From Klebsormidium nitens (taxonomy: Eukaryota; Plantae; Klebsormidiophyceae), in assembly GCA_000708835.1 (NCBI GenBank), contig DF237109.1, positions 64,126 to 128,125 on the forward strand: 64,000 nucleotides of DNA, written 5' to 3'. A model generated the notes under the pieces. That model was not told the DNA's origin. It saw only the letters and a list, made by a program, of their open reading frames with translations, and made no database searches. Position 1 is the first letter of the stretch. Every line of letters begins with the position of its first letter. Of the stretch, positions 12,101-24,018 are shown in pieces. The position numbers and the translations under genes were made by a program.

Positions 12101-13523
12101 GTTAACCACTCTCGTTTCGGCCCTGACCGGCGCTGACCCGTCTGAGACGAGGGTCACAGTACAGTATGGGTCGCATTTACTGGCCTTTACTGCCTTGCAC
12201 GTGCACAGGTCCTTGAGGATGCCCCCCATCGTGAAGTCGGTTGCTTTGATGTCGCTGCCTGACAGGACCTCGACTGAGAGTGTGCCAATAAATCCGGGGA
12301 GCGCTTCTTGTTTCCGCAGGATGGAATCGTAACTTTCGAGCTCGATCTTCTTCCAGGCTTTGTATGCGTCAAAACTCTCGAAGTCGGTCGGCAGGTGCAG
12401 GCCTGCGTCCGCTTTGAGTGCAGCTACGCGGGCCTTGATGTCTGCAAGGAGATGTTCGGAAAGATGTTGAAAGGCGTCAGCGAAAAGCAAAAAGAAGAGC
12501 TTGAAACGACTATAAGAATAACACCAAAGGTGTCTTTGGGACCGGAAGCGGTGTGCCATGTTCGAAAAGTAACTCACCGGCGGGCTTCAACAAAAGTACC
12601 AGCTTCTTTACAGTCGGGTCTCCTTACTGGCTACCTAAATCAATATGCTACTGTAAGTCTTGCTTGCAGGGAATCGGCTGCACTTGCAGTTCAAAGTAAT
12701 TTGCATGAGAATGGCTTAATCGAATCACAAAGTCGCATTGTTCAATCCCACTTTACCATGTCTTAGGTGCGAGAGGTGCATGAAAGCAGACTTGATGAGT
12801 GTCAGAGGTCTTGAGAGAGATTTTTGTTCGAGGGCATAGAACATTACGACGATCAAACTAAAGCGGAATATTCGAATAAAAACTCTAAAGTTCATCTAGT
12901 TAACAAAACTTGGGGAGAATGCAGTCAACTTCAAAGGCAAGCTAACCTGGTATGCGGAAGGAGAGCTCGTTCTGAACCTCCACCACTGCCTCTTGGTGCG
13001 CTTTAGTGTCAAAACCAAAGGCTCTCCTGAGAAACTCTGCAGCCGCGTAGCACTCTTCAATCGGCTTAGCACTCTCCTCCTGTGCAGCAAACACTGCCCT
13101 CAAGGCAGCTCTGTACACGCCCGCCATCTGATTCTGGTCCACCTGTTTCCTTGTTGAGAAAGCTGACGCAGTGTCGGCACCGCCACTCTGATATTGGCTT
13201 TGCAAGCTAGCAGTCTTTGGCTCTGTGAGACGATCCCCATCCTGTTTCCTGTCTTGCCAGACTATCTTAGCACCCTCAGGTCCGCTATCTGACACGCTGC
13301 CCCACTTGTAGTTGCCACCACCCTCTTGCAAACTCGCTGCGGGGCTTTCTCGTCGCCCTCCCTTTCCATTTAGTCCTTCTGATGTGTGCACTTCATCTTC
13401 ATTATCTGACGAGTCTAGATCGATGTCTGCCAATGTCAGCTCGATTCTAGGCCTGGCTGTACCCTGAATGTCTCCATCGATGATGGAAGCTGCCGAAGCA
13501 GCTATTTTGGCGGAAGGATCCAT
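165..13523 (-). CDS. Munc13/UNC-13-like protein (C2 - MUN/MHD1-MHD2 - GRAM - GRAM), 20 exons, about 1570 aa
   Basis: Phase-consistent hand model: 13523-12947, 12441-11876, 11506-11206, 10675-10439, 9956-9793, 9293-9021, 8289-8070, 7439-7312, 6809-6675, 6290-5703, 5040-4915, 4632-4528, 4159-4016, 3703-3554, 3284-3007, 2370-2221, 1833-1631, 1190-1090, 752-654, 332-165 (4713 nt, divisible by 3). C2 motifs: DIKATD..KCDPYCTV..NDSLNPEWKE..EVWDSD..DDFIG. MUN motifs: LCVKLNNL, RLAPLTSYLDQHL, VFRRVLKEIW, LYDYFNGGGSGL, IICLLRQRKDDEIA. GRAM motifs: FGLPREDKMVAAFPC..GTLYVTKQHVCW and RYSCSKHG..AGTLVATPTLLIF. Confidence 0.85.
2350..2750 (-). repeat. Intronic array of duplicated 3' splice site/exon-start cores (Munc13-like intron 15)
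   Basis: True acceptor cccag|GAACGCGAAGAAGCTGG (AG at 2371-72). Copy ctgcag|GACCGCGAAGAAGCTGG at 2491 (+120 bp) with a shared upstream cttgctgacgt. Diverged copy cccag|ACGGCGAGGAAGCTG at 2616 (+125). Possible fourth AG at 2743 (+127). Confidence 0.75.
5461..5510. repeat. Short imperfect tandem duplication (about 28 bp x2) in an intron
   Basis: ctttacggatctttaggaaagg / ctttaaggatctctaggaaagg. Confidence 0.6.
6819..7120. repeat. Degenerate intronic repeats plus a 24-bp tandem repeat
   Basis: Three diverged ttga.tc.a.gctc..caa..gagtcgccaa units (about 6819, 6870, 6980). gaaaagccttcgaccatctgaatg occurs x2.3 at about 7063-7118. Confidence 0.6.
8219..8612 (-). repeat. Three tandem copies of acceptor plus the first about 70-80 nt of exon 7 of the Munc13-like gene
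   Basis: ttccag|GACCTGGTGGTCGCCTTCCAG (exon start 8289), ttccag|GGCCTGCTGATCGCCTTCCAG (8456), ttccag|GTGGTGGTCCCCATCCAAG (8603). All three share CGGCAGCC.CGGCTG.AC. Confidence 0.85.
9398..9426. repeat. 11-bp tandem repeat
   Basis: atcgaagcagt atcgaagcagt atcgaa. Confidence 0.6.
10789..10951. repeat. About 80-bp tandem duplication in an intron
   Basis: ttctcctccaggttt.tgagg.ctggaat..aaaagcctag.atctgcacgactt.tcttgaagaacttctgtgc.caattt occurs twice. Confidence 0.85.
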
Positions 13524-14310
13524 CGTTAAGGATAATCTCAGCCCAAACTCCTTAGAAACATTGATTCAAGCTTTCATGCTGTCAGCTTTCCTAATCGCAA
13601 AGCTCCAATGCGTACAACCAGCTTCCGAATATGCGCGAAGCAGCACAGTTTCTTCCTTATAACAATCTTAAGCCACGCTCAAGCTCATGAATAGCGAAGC
13701 GCTGGCGGCGCTTGTGATAGAGGAGAGAACGTGTAAGACTAGGAAAGGGCATACATCAAGGACTACCGTATGCAGAAGTTTGAACAAACGCATCAGCTGT
13801 GTGGCGGCAGCACAGCCATCTTACTCATGCAATGGTCCGATGCTAGATCACAGCAGGTATGCAACTTGGAATGCAAAGATGCAACTGTCAGGTCAGTCTA
13901 GGTTTCTATCGAACGGACGGCAGCCAATCTTCTTGCGCGCGCAATGCTTCTGTAGTTGCGAACCGTCGATCTGAAATCACTACCCGGCAGGTCGCTGCCT
14001 GGAGTTCCGTTCAAGATTCCGGCCCAGCCAAGAAGTAGAAATCAGCTCCACTCAAGCAGAGACCAAGAGCTGTATTCTTAATAGAGTCTTTTCCGATGCC
14101 GGAACGGAAGAGCAGTACCACAGCGGAAGCCAGAACAAGATTTGCATGCATTTATTATCTTCAGTCTTCAAGTTCAAGCAGGAGACTGCAATTTCAAAGC
14201 TTCACCTGTTTCAGAGACCTCAGTTCAAGCAGCTGCCAGATCAGATACGGGTAGGGAGACATTTATAGAGGGCCCTCCACTTCTGTAACTTGTTGAGTCT
14301 AATTGACGCC

Positions 14311-16627
14311 ATGGCCATCACAGCATCACACGCAACGGTCCGGTTGCCGTCGTCGTTCAGCTGTAGCTCATCTTTGCAGGATGCGGCTCCCACTTCGTCC
14401 TTTGCACTTCAACACACCAGCAGAATCACTTCAGCGTCCAAGCCTCGTGGGTTATTATCAATTGCTAGTGCACCGATTCATGCAGGCTTGTTTGCAAAGA
14501 CTGCATATCTTGGCCGTCAACTAGCCGTAGTTCGCGCCACACAATTGCGTGTATCAGGTGGTCACAGAGGGCGAGGTGGAGCTTTGGTGACGCGTAATGC
14601 TGGAACGGTGGTGAGTCTTACAGCTTGAGAAGCTTTTCTTTTTGAAACGCCCCTTGCTCATTGTCTAAAATTCAAAGGAGGATACTTGCGATAGGATAGA
14701 GCAGAGTTTCGCTAGACTAGTTTGGCCTCCCCCTGGAAGGGAATCGCTCCCCACCAAATTCTTTACTTGACATTCTGAGCAGAGCAATTCAGCAGAGTTG
14801 GCCTCTTCTCATATCTGAGAAGTCGGATCCCCTTCAGGACAGTGGTTTGTCAAAATGTTCCCGGATCAGTTCAAAGCTCACCGTCAATTCTGCTTCAGAC
14901 CTTCCTGCCATGGCTGCGGCTCTTGCCCTCCGGTATGAACTGAGAGTCACTTAATGTTCAATTTTTTGTCCTAGCTCCTTGCCAACTTCATATACAAAGT
15001 TCCCCAATGATCAGGCCAGTAAGTATTGACATGTGCAGGAAAAAGTGACCGCAAAGGAACTGGATGACATTCTGTTGAATGAAAGGACAAAACCAATCGG
15101 TGAGTGAGTTCTGCTACCATTGCTCTTCTTAATCATAGTCCAACTTCGAAAGTCTCGTCATATATCAAGGAGAGGTCGCAAACACACGATATTCAGCTAT
15201 TTAGTGGCCAGAATTGCGGACGCGCTTCTACTTCAAGTTTTCCACATGCCACCATGCTAGCCCCTCTTATGGGAGGTCATCAGTGAGTAATAGTGGTAGT
15301 CATGCGATAGTCATGCAATGGGCTCGATTCGAATGAGTCATACTTCCAGGAGATGATGCGGCGCTTAAACAAAATTGGAGTCAAGAGAATGAATGTCCTT
15401 TGATGTGCAGTGATTGACTTTTACGCAACGTGGTGTGGACCTTGCATCATGCTGGCACAGGAACTGAAACAGGTCAGCTTCTTCTCTTTGTTGCCAGACA
15501 TGAATGCAGTATCTTCTGTCCTCTTCTGTAGACTGTAACAAGTGGGGGATCTTTCTTAGTCCCTGGCTCCCTCGATTGAGTGAGGCAAGCTGGCAGCTCT
15601 CGCGGTTCTATTCTTGTGCCTCTCTTTTTTTTGATTGTCGGGTATGTATGGCATGCCTCTCGGATTGACGACTTTATTGCTCTTTGCAGCTCTCAGCAGA
15701 ATTGGGGGACAAAGTGAGGTTCTTGAAGGTAGGTTGATCACGAGATGTTGATTACGCCCAAGCTTTAAGACCACCCAAGTTCACGCACTCGGAGGACAGT
15801 TCCAATCTGACTACTGGGCTTGTTTATGGCACTCCAGGCATGCATCTCATCTGTGTTCTGAGTTTCCTAGTCACTGTCGTCACTGTAACGACCATGCGTG
15901 TTTGGGCTTTGCTCTGCTAAAAAGTGTTGCTTGTCAAAGTTGGCTTTGGACGAAATTCTGATTGCTGTACGGACGAAAGGGCTCTCGAAGTTCAGTTCAA
16001 AATTTGAGCATCTACCAGATCACTTGAAACTGCGTACTAGGAAGGGACTTACACGTCAAGCTGTGTCTCTCTGCTCCTCGAGCCTGGACTGAGGCCCACC
16101 TCATGCTCTGAAGACAAAATCCATCCCCTGGCGGAATAGTTGATAATAGTAGGCAAAGCTGCAAAAGTGATATGTCTCCTATTGCAGGTCGATACCGACG
16201 AAGAGACGATGCTTGCAAGCCAACTACGAGTAAGATCTCTTACCTGCGCCTTACAGAATTCTGAATTGTCTGCCGGTTGGTTGGGTTTGTCTTGTCGAAC
16301 GGACTGATGGCAAATCGAAGATGCAGCTTCTAAGCAAAAATGACGAGTGTGACGACGAGCCCGTCAAAGGCATAATAGACATCAGGCGACGAGGACTCTC
16401 GAAATCGTACCTTGTCGTAATCATCTCGTCTGATTGCTTGTTTTGTGCTTGTCTAGTTTGCGGCATTCGTCATATGGTCGACTTAACACTATCGTATGGC
16501 TCTCATGCAGATCCAAGGACTGCCAACCATGGTCTTCGTCAGTGACGACAAAACGAAGAACGCTATCCGAACAGAAGGGTTGTTGTCTTCTGAACAGATC
16601 AAGGAAATTATAGAGAAGGAACTCTAA
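14311..16627 (+). CDS. TRXz: Plastid thioredoxin z (CITRX/PAP10-like) with transit peptide, 6 exons, 206 aa
   Basis: Exons 14311-14610, 15039-15099, 15411-15472, 15690-15728, 16188-16229, 16511-16627 (621 nt). Translation includes KVTAKELDDIL..PIVIDFYATWCGPCIMLAQEL..VDTDEE..IQGLPTMVFVS..KNAIRTEGLL, matching the TRX z pattern. The N-terminus is Ser/Ala-rich. Confidence 0.9.
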
Positions 16628-17712
16628 AACAATGCGTGCGCGCAAAAGATATTGTAGTTGCACAGATGGCGCCACTACACTGAAGGCTTTCTGCCCTGCT
16701 GATGAACATGTTCGACGAGCTTCAGATTCAAAAGCCGGCTAGACAGGGCGAGCTGATGATCCGTTGCAAGGACCAGATTTGTGACATGATCATGAAGAGA
16801 CAACTCCTTTCAAGGCGATCCGACAGACATGTGAGTCTGCAACTTGCTTGTGGAACGGCATGCATGCAATGATCACAATGATGGTAGATAGTCTGAGCTA
16901 TAGTGATGCAATCGCGACCCAACCTACATGTAATGTCCGACTCGATCACTTCAGTGCATGCAAGTCACCTTCATCGTGGATCAAACGTTCATGTGCCACT
17001 GAGTCACCCAGAGATCTTGGGAGCTGTTGATTGAACGTATCATTGTGCATGAGCTATCCTGTAAGTCATGTGCAACTATGGACGGTGGAGCCATGGCCAG
17101 CCGCGGCCAGACTGGCACAAGGTAGCTCGTCATTTAGTCGCGGGTGACCATGTCATAATCGAGCTATATCAATGAATGATGGCGCGTGCGCATATTCGTT
17201 AGCCTTTGTGATACATGTCCAATACTCAGCTAAAGAGCGGACGGTTTTTTCTTGAAGCCGAATTAAGCATCCAACTTAACCCTCCAAATTGTTATAAACT
17301 GCATGGCGGTAGCACCTCCAGTCTTGTTTAATCAAGAAGGTATTAAGCAGATAGGCCAGGCCGCTGCATATCTTGTTCAGCTGGCTTGATAGGCTGCCAC
17401 ATGTACGCAGTATACCTGAGTGACTCAGGATCTATACCAGAGCGCATGGAAGCTCCTGCTTATCTTAGTACAATCAAAGAATAGCGCCCTCGTATGCAAA
17501 CAATATGATCACCATGTAGCTTCAAAAGAGCTTGCTATCCCAACTCTAAAACGTGTCAAGAAGCAATTCAGCTGTCCTCTTTACTCTACCCTCCTGAAAT
17601 TGAAAAGTCTGCAGTATTGACAATACGAGTGCCCGAGTGACCCAGGATGGTGCATGTCAGATCTCCTGATTAAGATGTTAACAAAGAAACACTGCTAAAC
17701 ACCAAAATGGGT

Positions 17713-18603
17713 TCAATGATCGCTCGTTCGCGGTGGGGCTACTGGTTGATGAGATGGATTCCCTTGCGGCGCCTCAGCTCCCGCCTCCTTGATCAACTCT
17801 CCGATGCTCTTCTCCAGCTCATCAATGCGCCCACCCATCTCATCAAGTGTTGCGCAGTCAAGGAGGCAACGCATTGCAGCTTAACATGATAAGATGGTAT
17901 AGAAGAACTCCAAAGCACTGATGCAATTGTGATGGCAAGCCTCAAGGCAGTGGGCAAAGCACATTCCCAGTTTGAGCATCTTCAAATAGACTTGCAGGAT
18001 TGCACTCAGAGCGTGGGAGGATATTCCTTGAAATGATGCTGTCCGACATTGTCTGAAACCGTGCTTGCTGCACATAAGTACAGATGGGGCACGTTAGCGG
18101 CTCCGATCATCAAGCCTCAAGTGACTTGCTTACCAAGACAACACTGCATTTGCCCCCAGAGTTGAGGAGCCACTCCAATGCCTACCGTGCCGCACTAAAC
18201 GCAGTCCAGATTTAAAAACTTCTGCCACTTGTGATGAGTTGGCCCTTTCTAATGAGCCAGCACTGCGGGCCACCAGGATTAGACTATGCCTGGGGACTTA
18301 CCATCTGCTGTAGTAGGTTCTGGACGAAGGCCGTCAAGTCTGCCGTGTTCTGAGGTGGACTAGCGTCCGTTTCAGGAGCTTTGTTGTCCCCCTGGAATGT
18401 TGCCACAGTCTTGTATCACTGAGATGCAGATGTGACAAACTCAACAGCCTTATTATTGTCAGAGCATGTGCCTCCAAACCTGCTGAGTCTGAAAGCGTTG
18501 AGTGCCTTTCAGAGTGCAAGCATCGCTCATAATCTCCAGTTTCAGATGCACTGAAGTAGGAAGAATGCAGAACCGAGACTTTACGGTTGACATACTCACC
18601 ATG
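17713..18603 (-). CDS. HSBP: Heat shock factor-binding protein (HSBP1-like coiled coil); 5' end uncertain
   Basis: Exons 18349-18302 (NTADLTAFVQNLLQQM), 18067-18025 (QARFQTMSDSIISR) and 17846-17713 (IDEMGGRIDELEKSIGELIKEAG...stop). The first exon(s) near 18480-18603 are not resolved. Confidence 0.88.
17847..18024 (-). other. U12-type AT-AC intron in HSBP
   Basis: 5' end ATATCCTC, branch-site-like TCCTTGAC 10 nt before a terminal AC. Removing it restores the conserved IISR-I-DEMG frame. Confidence 0.85.
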
Positions 18604-19353
18604 CCTCCCCTCTGCTCAAGCTGCTTGGCGGGGGCAGACTATCAAAGCGCCGCCAATTGAAGCAGGGACTTTACTCTGACGATGCTAATGCAATTGTCAG
18701 GCCTTCTGGAGACGTTTGATCTTGGGAATTACGATGCCAATGGGGAAAACAATTGGAGGAAAGACGCCCGAAAGACGTTGTCAAAACGTGAAGGAATTTC
18801 AATCAACACCAATTTCTGTGTTGGTTTGAAGTTGAACACAATCCTGATCTGGAATTCTGCTTTGAATGTTCCGCTGCTCGTAAGCCGTTCCGGTCTTCGC
18901 AGCGGACTCGCCCGAGCTGGACTCACGTCTTTGTTTCTTTCCGAAAACATCTCTGGTACGGCGGATTCCGCTAGCTTTGGCGGAACGTGGTGTAGGCTGT
19001 GCCATGCTGCTGTACGGAGCCTTTCCTACCCCAGTCTAAATTCTTATCATGCAATAAATTCTTATTATGCCTGCGCCTTTGTCTGTGCTTGCAAGAATGC
19101 TACGAGTACTACTGCTAGCGGTGACAACGCTTGATTAGAGTCTACTTTGTCTTGAGTAGATAGTTTTGCACGTCTGTGTTCTGTGTTGTTAGGGTCCGGT
19201 GAATGCCCCGGGTTTCTTGTGGTCCGCCCGCCTGTTGTCTTGCCCAACTGCTGGTACATATACAGAAACGTTGAAACGTCTCTCCTGGAACTTGCTGACT
19301 CTCCTGTTCTCTGATGCACGGGGTGGTGGTCACCAAAACCAGTCAAGAACACA

Positions 19354-22300
19354 ATGTCAAGTGTCGCACGTCATGCCTGGAGCCGAGCAGCGCTTGAAGC
19401 GGCTCATCTGCACTCCCAGCGCATCTCCCACCATGTCAGGGCAGGAGCCTTGCCTCTCACAATGTGGTCAGCCTCCTGGCTCTTGAGCGAGCTGGAGATG
19501 GTGCGGGCTTTCAGAAGTTGTGCATCAGGTGTTAGAAACAAGAGAGGGAGCGAAGCGGAAGTGGAAAGTGCGCAGGGGGCGGCCGTGCTGGATGCGGGGG
19601 CAACAGTCACTGACAAGCGGACGAGGTGATCAATCAGAGATTACTGACAGTGTTGTCTGACTGTGTTTACCCTCTGTCCGCTGGCTGCACTGGAGCAGAC
19701 GCTGATGGTGGACTTTTGCAGTACTAAGATTCACCAATCACCCCCCGAGGTTTTGACATCTGTGGTTCTGTTTGAAACATCCTAGCTGAATGTGTCAATA
19801 TCGGGGCCGCTTCTTTGCAACTCCTGTTATACAAGGTAAGACGGCCGTATTGCTTCTCTGCACTCCGATTTCGCTTAACAAAGATGATCGTACCTGTTGA
19901 TCTTCACTGCTGTCAGATTCAAGCGTCCCACGCTCACCGCCCCATTTTTCTCTTCGTTCGCACAAAGTCACCAATGAGTTCTGGCAATGAGAGCTTTTGC
20001 TGACTTAACCTGACGGTCCCAATCTTTAAGGTATTGTATTGTCTGCAGGCCCTTCCTCCGCAAACGGAGGCTCGATGAGGTGTGCTGCGAGCGCTTCCCA
20101 CAGTATAGCAGGAACGTCATTCAGTCCTGGATATTGCAAGGTCAGAGTTCTTCCTCTGTTGACGTTTGAATGTGCGGGGCGTCTCAATGACTTCCTGGAG
20201 AGGAAACTTGTGCAAGGCTCGTAATGTAGGTGGCAATTTGGTTCTAGGCCACTCCATCGGTCAGTCTGCAGAACTATACTTGCCAGCTTGCTAAGCTGTG
20301 GCAGCACGTTGATTGAGATGGAAAACTATCAAGTCCGTTACAGGCTGTGGTAAAGGAAAACGTCTGAAAGCTGTGAGAGAAGAGTGTACGGCTCCTTTGG
20401 TTTGGCTGCTGGCAGGCCGGCTGGAGTCCATGTTTCTTCAATAGTCGTTTTACTGTTTCTCTGCGGCTTTGAGTGATTTCAGATGTTGTACGTGACTTTC
20501 AGTGTCCCAAAGTTTGTCCCCTCCCTTTGTCAGCACACCTTAGGGCAAGTGCAAGCGGTCAGATTCTGTTATTTTAGATTCAAGTTGGGCTGCAATTCCT
20601 CCCCACAAGACGGCTTTCTCAAACACGACTTCGATTCTCCCCACCCCTCCAACCCTTTTCCAACAGCGGATTGCACGTTACCAAGCTTTGGGATACTGAA
20701 TTCAAGTTTCGCAAGCTCCAACGGCCCAGCCAGCAGCCTTGTGACAAGACTTTGAAACCAAGCTCGAACCTAACGGAAATCTCGACATTGAAACCTGATG
20801 GCTACGACTGCAGGAAAGGTGCTGGTAGATGGACATCCTGTCACTAAGGCAGGCGCCCAAGTGAAGGAAGATAGGAACATCATTCTGAACGCAGAGCAGC
20901 CCAAGTTTGTCTGCCGGTGAGTTCGGTCTCTGCTGAGTATCACGAGGTTGGCTGCAGTGCGGCCAGTTTTTGAGCGGCCTTGACTGACAGTCCTTGTCTA
21001 TTCCCTTGTCAAGACACTTCAATAAGTCGTCCGGATGTAGTTGGACTGGTCTTCACAATGTTTAGCGGCTTCCGACTGTGTTCATTCCGGTTTGAAGTTC
21101 AGAAGACCGTACCTGAGCACCTTTCAAAGGTGGTAACTTCTTCTGTTAGTCAGTCTCCAGTTTCGGACTTTCAGGGATCTCAGGAGATTCACTGCAGTGG
21201 ACATTGACTGGTCTGTCTGGGGCAAGGTCTTCGACTCACAACAGACCTTAGCAGTCACATTCCGCTCGTCTTCTTGCAGGGCAGGCTACAAGCTGGAGGG
21301 CGCCTTGGATCACTTCCAAATCGACGTCACCGGAAAAGTTGCTCTTGACTCGGGGCTCTCTACTGGAGGCTTCACGGACCTGCTTCTACAACGGGGAGCT
21401 ACGAAAGTGTACGGGGTTGATGTCGGGTATGGCCAGGTAAGCTCTAAGTCAGGAACACCACTTAGTCAGGCGCTTGAGCTGAACCCTTGATGCCTTCGAT
21501 ACTTAGTGATCGTTTTGCCGCACCCTTTCTTGCCCTGTTGCTCGTCTGACCAGAAATATGAATGTGGACGTAAGGTTTCACGTCGACCGAAAAGTGCTAA
21601 GTTCACCAGCTTCGCAACTCCTCCGCGTACAGCTTCGTACACTGCCGCTCAGGTAAACCTTTGTATTGATTCTGTGCTTACCTGCCACGTGATCACTTGA
21701 AGCTTTCTCATTGATCCGGAGGACCGCAGACGAGCGCTCACCCATCTCGGTCGACGCGGGACCCAAATCGGGACTTTTCTCTTCGATCGCAAGTCTATGG
21801 TCCCCTTGAATCGGTGGTTATTGTCGCTTCTAGCGAAAAGGATCAGGAAGAACGGACCTCGGGGGGCAAGGGATGAGGAAGCAGATCATAACAATACGTG
21901 GCGCGCGTGCAGGTAGCGGAGAAAATTCGGCAGGACGAACGCGTTGTGATCATGGAGCGCACCAATTTGCGGTACCTTGAGGGGCTGCCCGAGCCGGTGG
22001 ATCTCGTCACGCTCGACCTCTCCTTCATATCCATCCTCCTTGTGAGCCTCGCAACTGCGTTCAGCTTGAGACATCGTTCTTAGTGTCTGCCTCATGACCG
22101 GTGTATGCTTCACCATCTGAATCACGAGTTTTTCTCTTCGCTTGCACCATAGCTTTTGCTTCTTTCTCCCTTTCATAAGATTTGAAAACCTCTCTTACAG
22201 AGGCCTTAATTGTCGAGTTTTCAGCATGTTCCTCGGCGCAATGAAGTGGCTTTGACCGTGGTGGATCAAGTATGGGTGAGAGGGTTCCTTTGCAAAGCGG

Positions 22301-23298
22301 GTGCTCTAGGCGGATATCAGGCACGCTGCTTTGTCCAAAACAATCCCGCCTATTTTCCTGGACTGGTTTCTCGAAAAATCTGTTAGCTTTGTCCATAGGA
22401 CACAATGGAAAAATTTGTGCAGCAGCCAAGCCGTTTTCGTCACCAGTTCCTTACGAGAAGGATATCGTTGACAAACTTGGAGTTTTTTTCACGAGTTTGC
22501 GCTGTGACGTTGCCGTTACTGTTCCAGCTGCGCTGTAGGAGACGGAACAACATCTCCAAGATTCCAACGTCTTGGACAGGTCAAAGTAAGACCCTTGAAA
22601 TAGTTGCCTGACCCGAGCCGCGGGCCACCATTGCAGGTCATGCCGGCGGTGGTGGCGTGTATGAAACCGGAGAGCATGCTCATCACTCTCATCAAGCCGC
22701 AGTTTGAAGCGGGTCGCTCACAGGTAAGACGGGACTCTGCTGCTCTTGTACAAGAGCGTCTAGAGTCCAAAACAGAACTTTTTCAAGAATGGTAAATCTC
22801 TTATCGTCGTTAATGAGAATGTACGGTTCTCACTACTTGGCTATATAATATACGATTATGAACGAAGGTTCTTGACTACCTTTTGTGTAAGAGAGGCCCT
22901 CAACGCTTCCTTTACATTCACACTCCCTGTACTCCTTCTGCTTCCACTCCGTTGCTTTGTGAGTCTGTTATCGTCTTTCCCGAAAAGTACCCAGCTTCCG
23001 GATTCAGGAGCCTGTAAAGATGTCTGCTTCTCGCCTGCAGGTCGGGAGTGGTGGCATCGTGCGAGATCCGGCTGTGCACCAGGACGTTCTGTGCAGGATT
23101 ATAGCGGGGGTGAAAGCCTTTGGTTTCGAGTGCATCGGTCACATACAATCCCCGATCAAAGGGACCGAGGGGAACGTGGAGTTTCTCGGCGTCTTTCGGA
23201 GGCAGTGTCCGCCTCATAGCGGCATCTTACAAGAGGCTGCAGATGCTGGCGTTGCAAAGGCCCCCGTTAAGCTTCGAGATGACCGGACGCAAGGTTGA
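19354..23298 (+). CDS. TlyA/hemolysin A-like rRNA 2'-O-methyltransferase (S4-like + FtsJ domains), organelle-targeted, 7 exons
   Basis: Exons 19354-19625, 20049-20140, 20814-20916, 21280-21436, 21913-22041, 22637-22723, 23041-23298. Motifs [102 protein letters not shown]. Confidence 0.92.
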
Positions 23299-24018
23299 CT
23301 GATGTACGGTACGGGTTTAAGCCACCATTAAGTACTGCCATGTACTGATCACGATGCGCTCACTGCTGACTGCATGCGCCGCTCCCAATCTGCATATCAT
23401 GTCGACTCGATCACAATCCCATGCATGCTCGATGCAGTGCGATCCAAATCAAGCGCGGGCTAGAGCCTGCTAACTGGCAGGGCTGAAATTGCACAGAACC
23501 CTGTAGCAGGTACATGTCGACTTTGAAGTTTGACATAATTTTGTTCCAGCGGGGCCGGTCGAATGCAGTGCAAGCCAAGACATTGCCCATATTAACCACC
23601 AATACATTCCTTTTGCATGATTCGAATATAAGCCAGCTGTGCGCAAGCTGCGCCCATGTGTGATATAATATAACGGACCGACTCCATGCACTATAGACGC
23701 GCGTGCATCGATCCACAAGCTACCTATGGTGGGTATCGACGGTATCGACCGGGCGACGGTCCGGTCTCAAATTTCTTACACCGGTGTTACGCGTCGCGAC
23801 GAAATGTGTACGCGGTACTGACGACCGTACTCGGCGGTACTTGAGAATGAGGTCCGAGTTCATGAGTTGAAAATTTTCTGACACGTCGATTCTCGGTCAA
23901 GTGCGTACTCTCCGGAGGTACGGTACCGCTCGAGTCTGCGCGTGCATCATTCTGAAATTCATGGTCTTGGTCGGAACTTCCGACTTGAACCACGGACGAG
24001 TACCGCGGTACCCAGACT

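Noticed and set aside
18230-18295. GTGATGA box C-like motif suggesting an intronic snoRNA
   Set aside because: It lies antisense to the host HSBP transcript, and no convincing D box or terminal stem is present.
18682-19352. Short ORFs between HSBP and TlyA
   Set aside because: No homology or splice support; most likely shared promoter or UTR.
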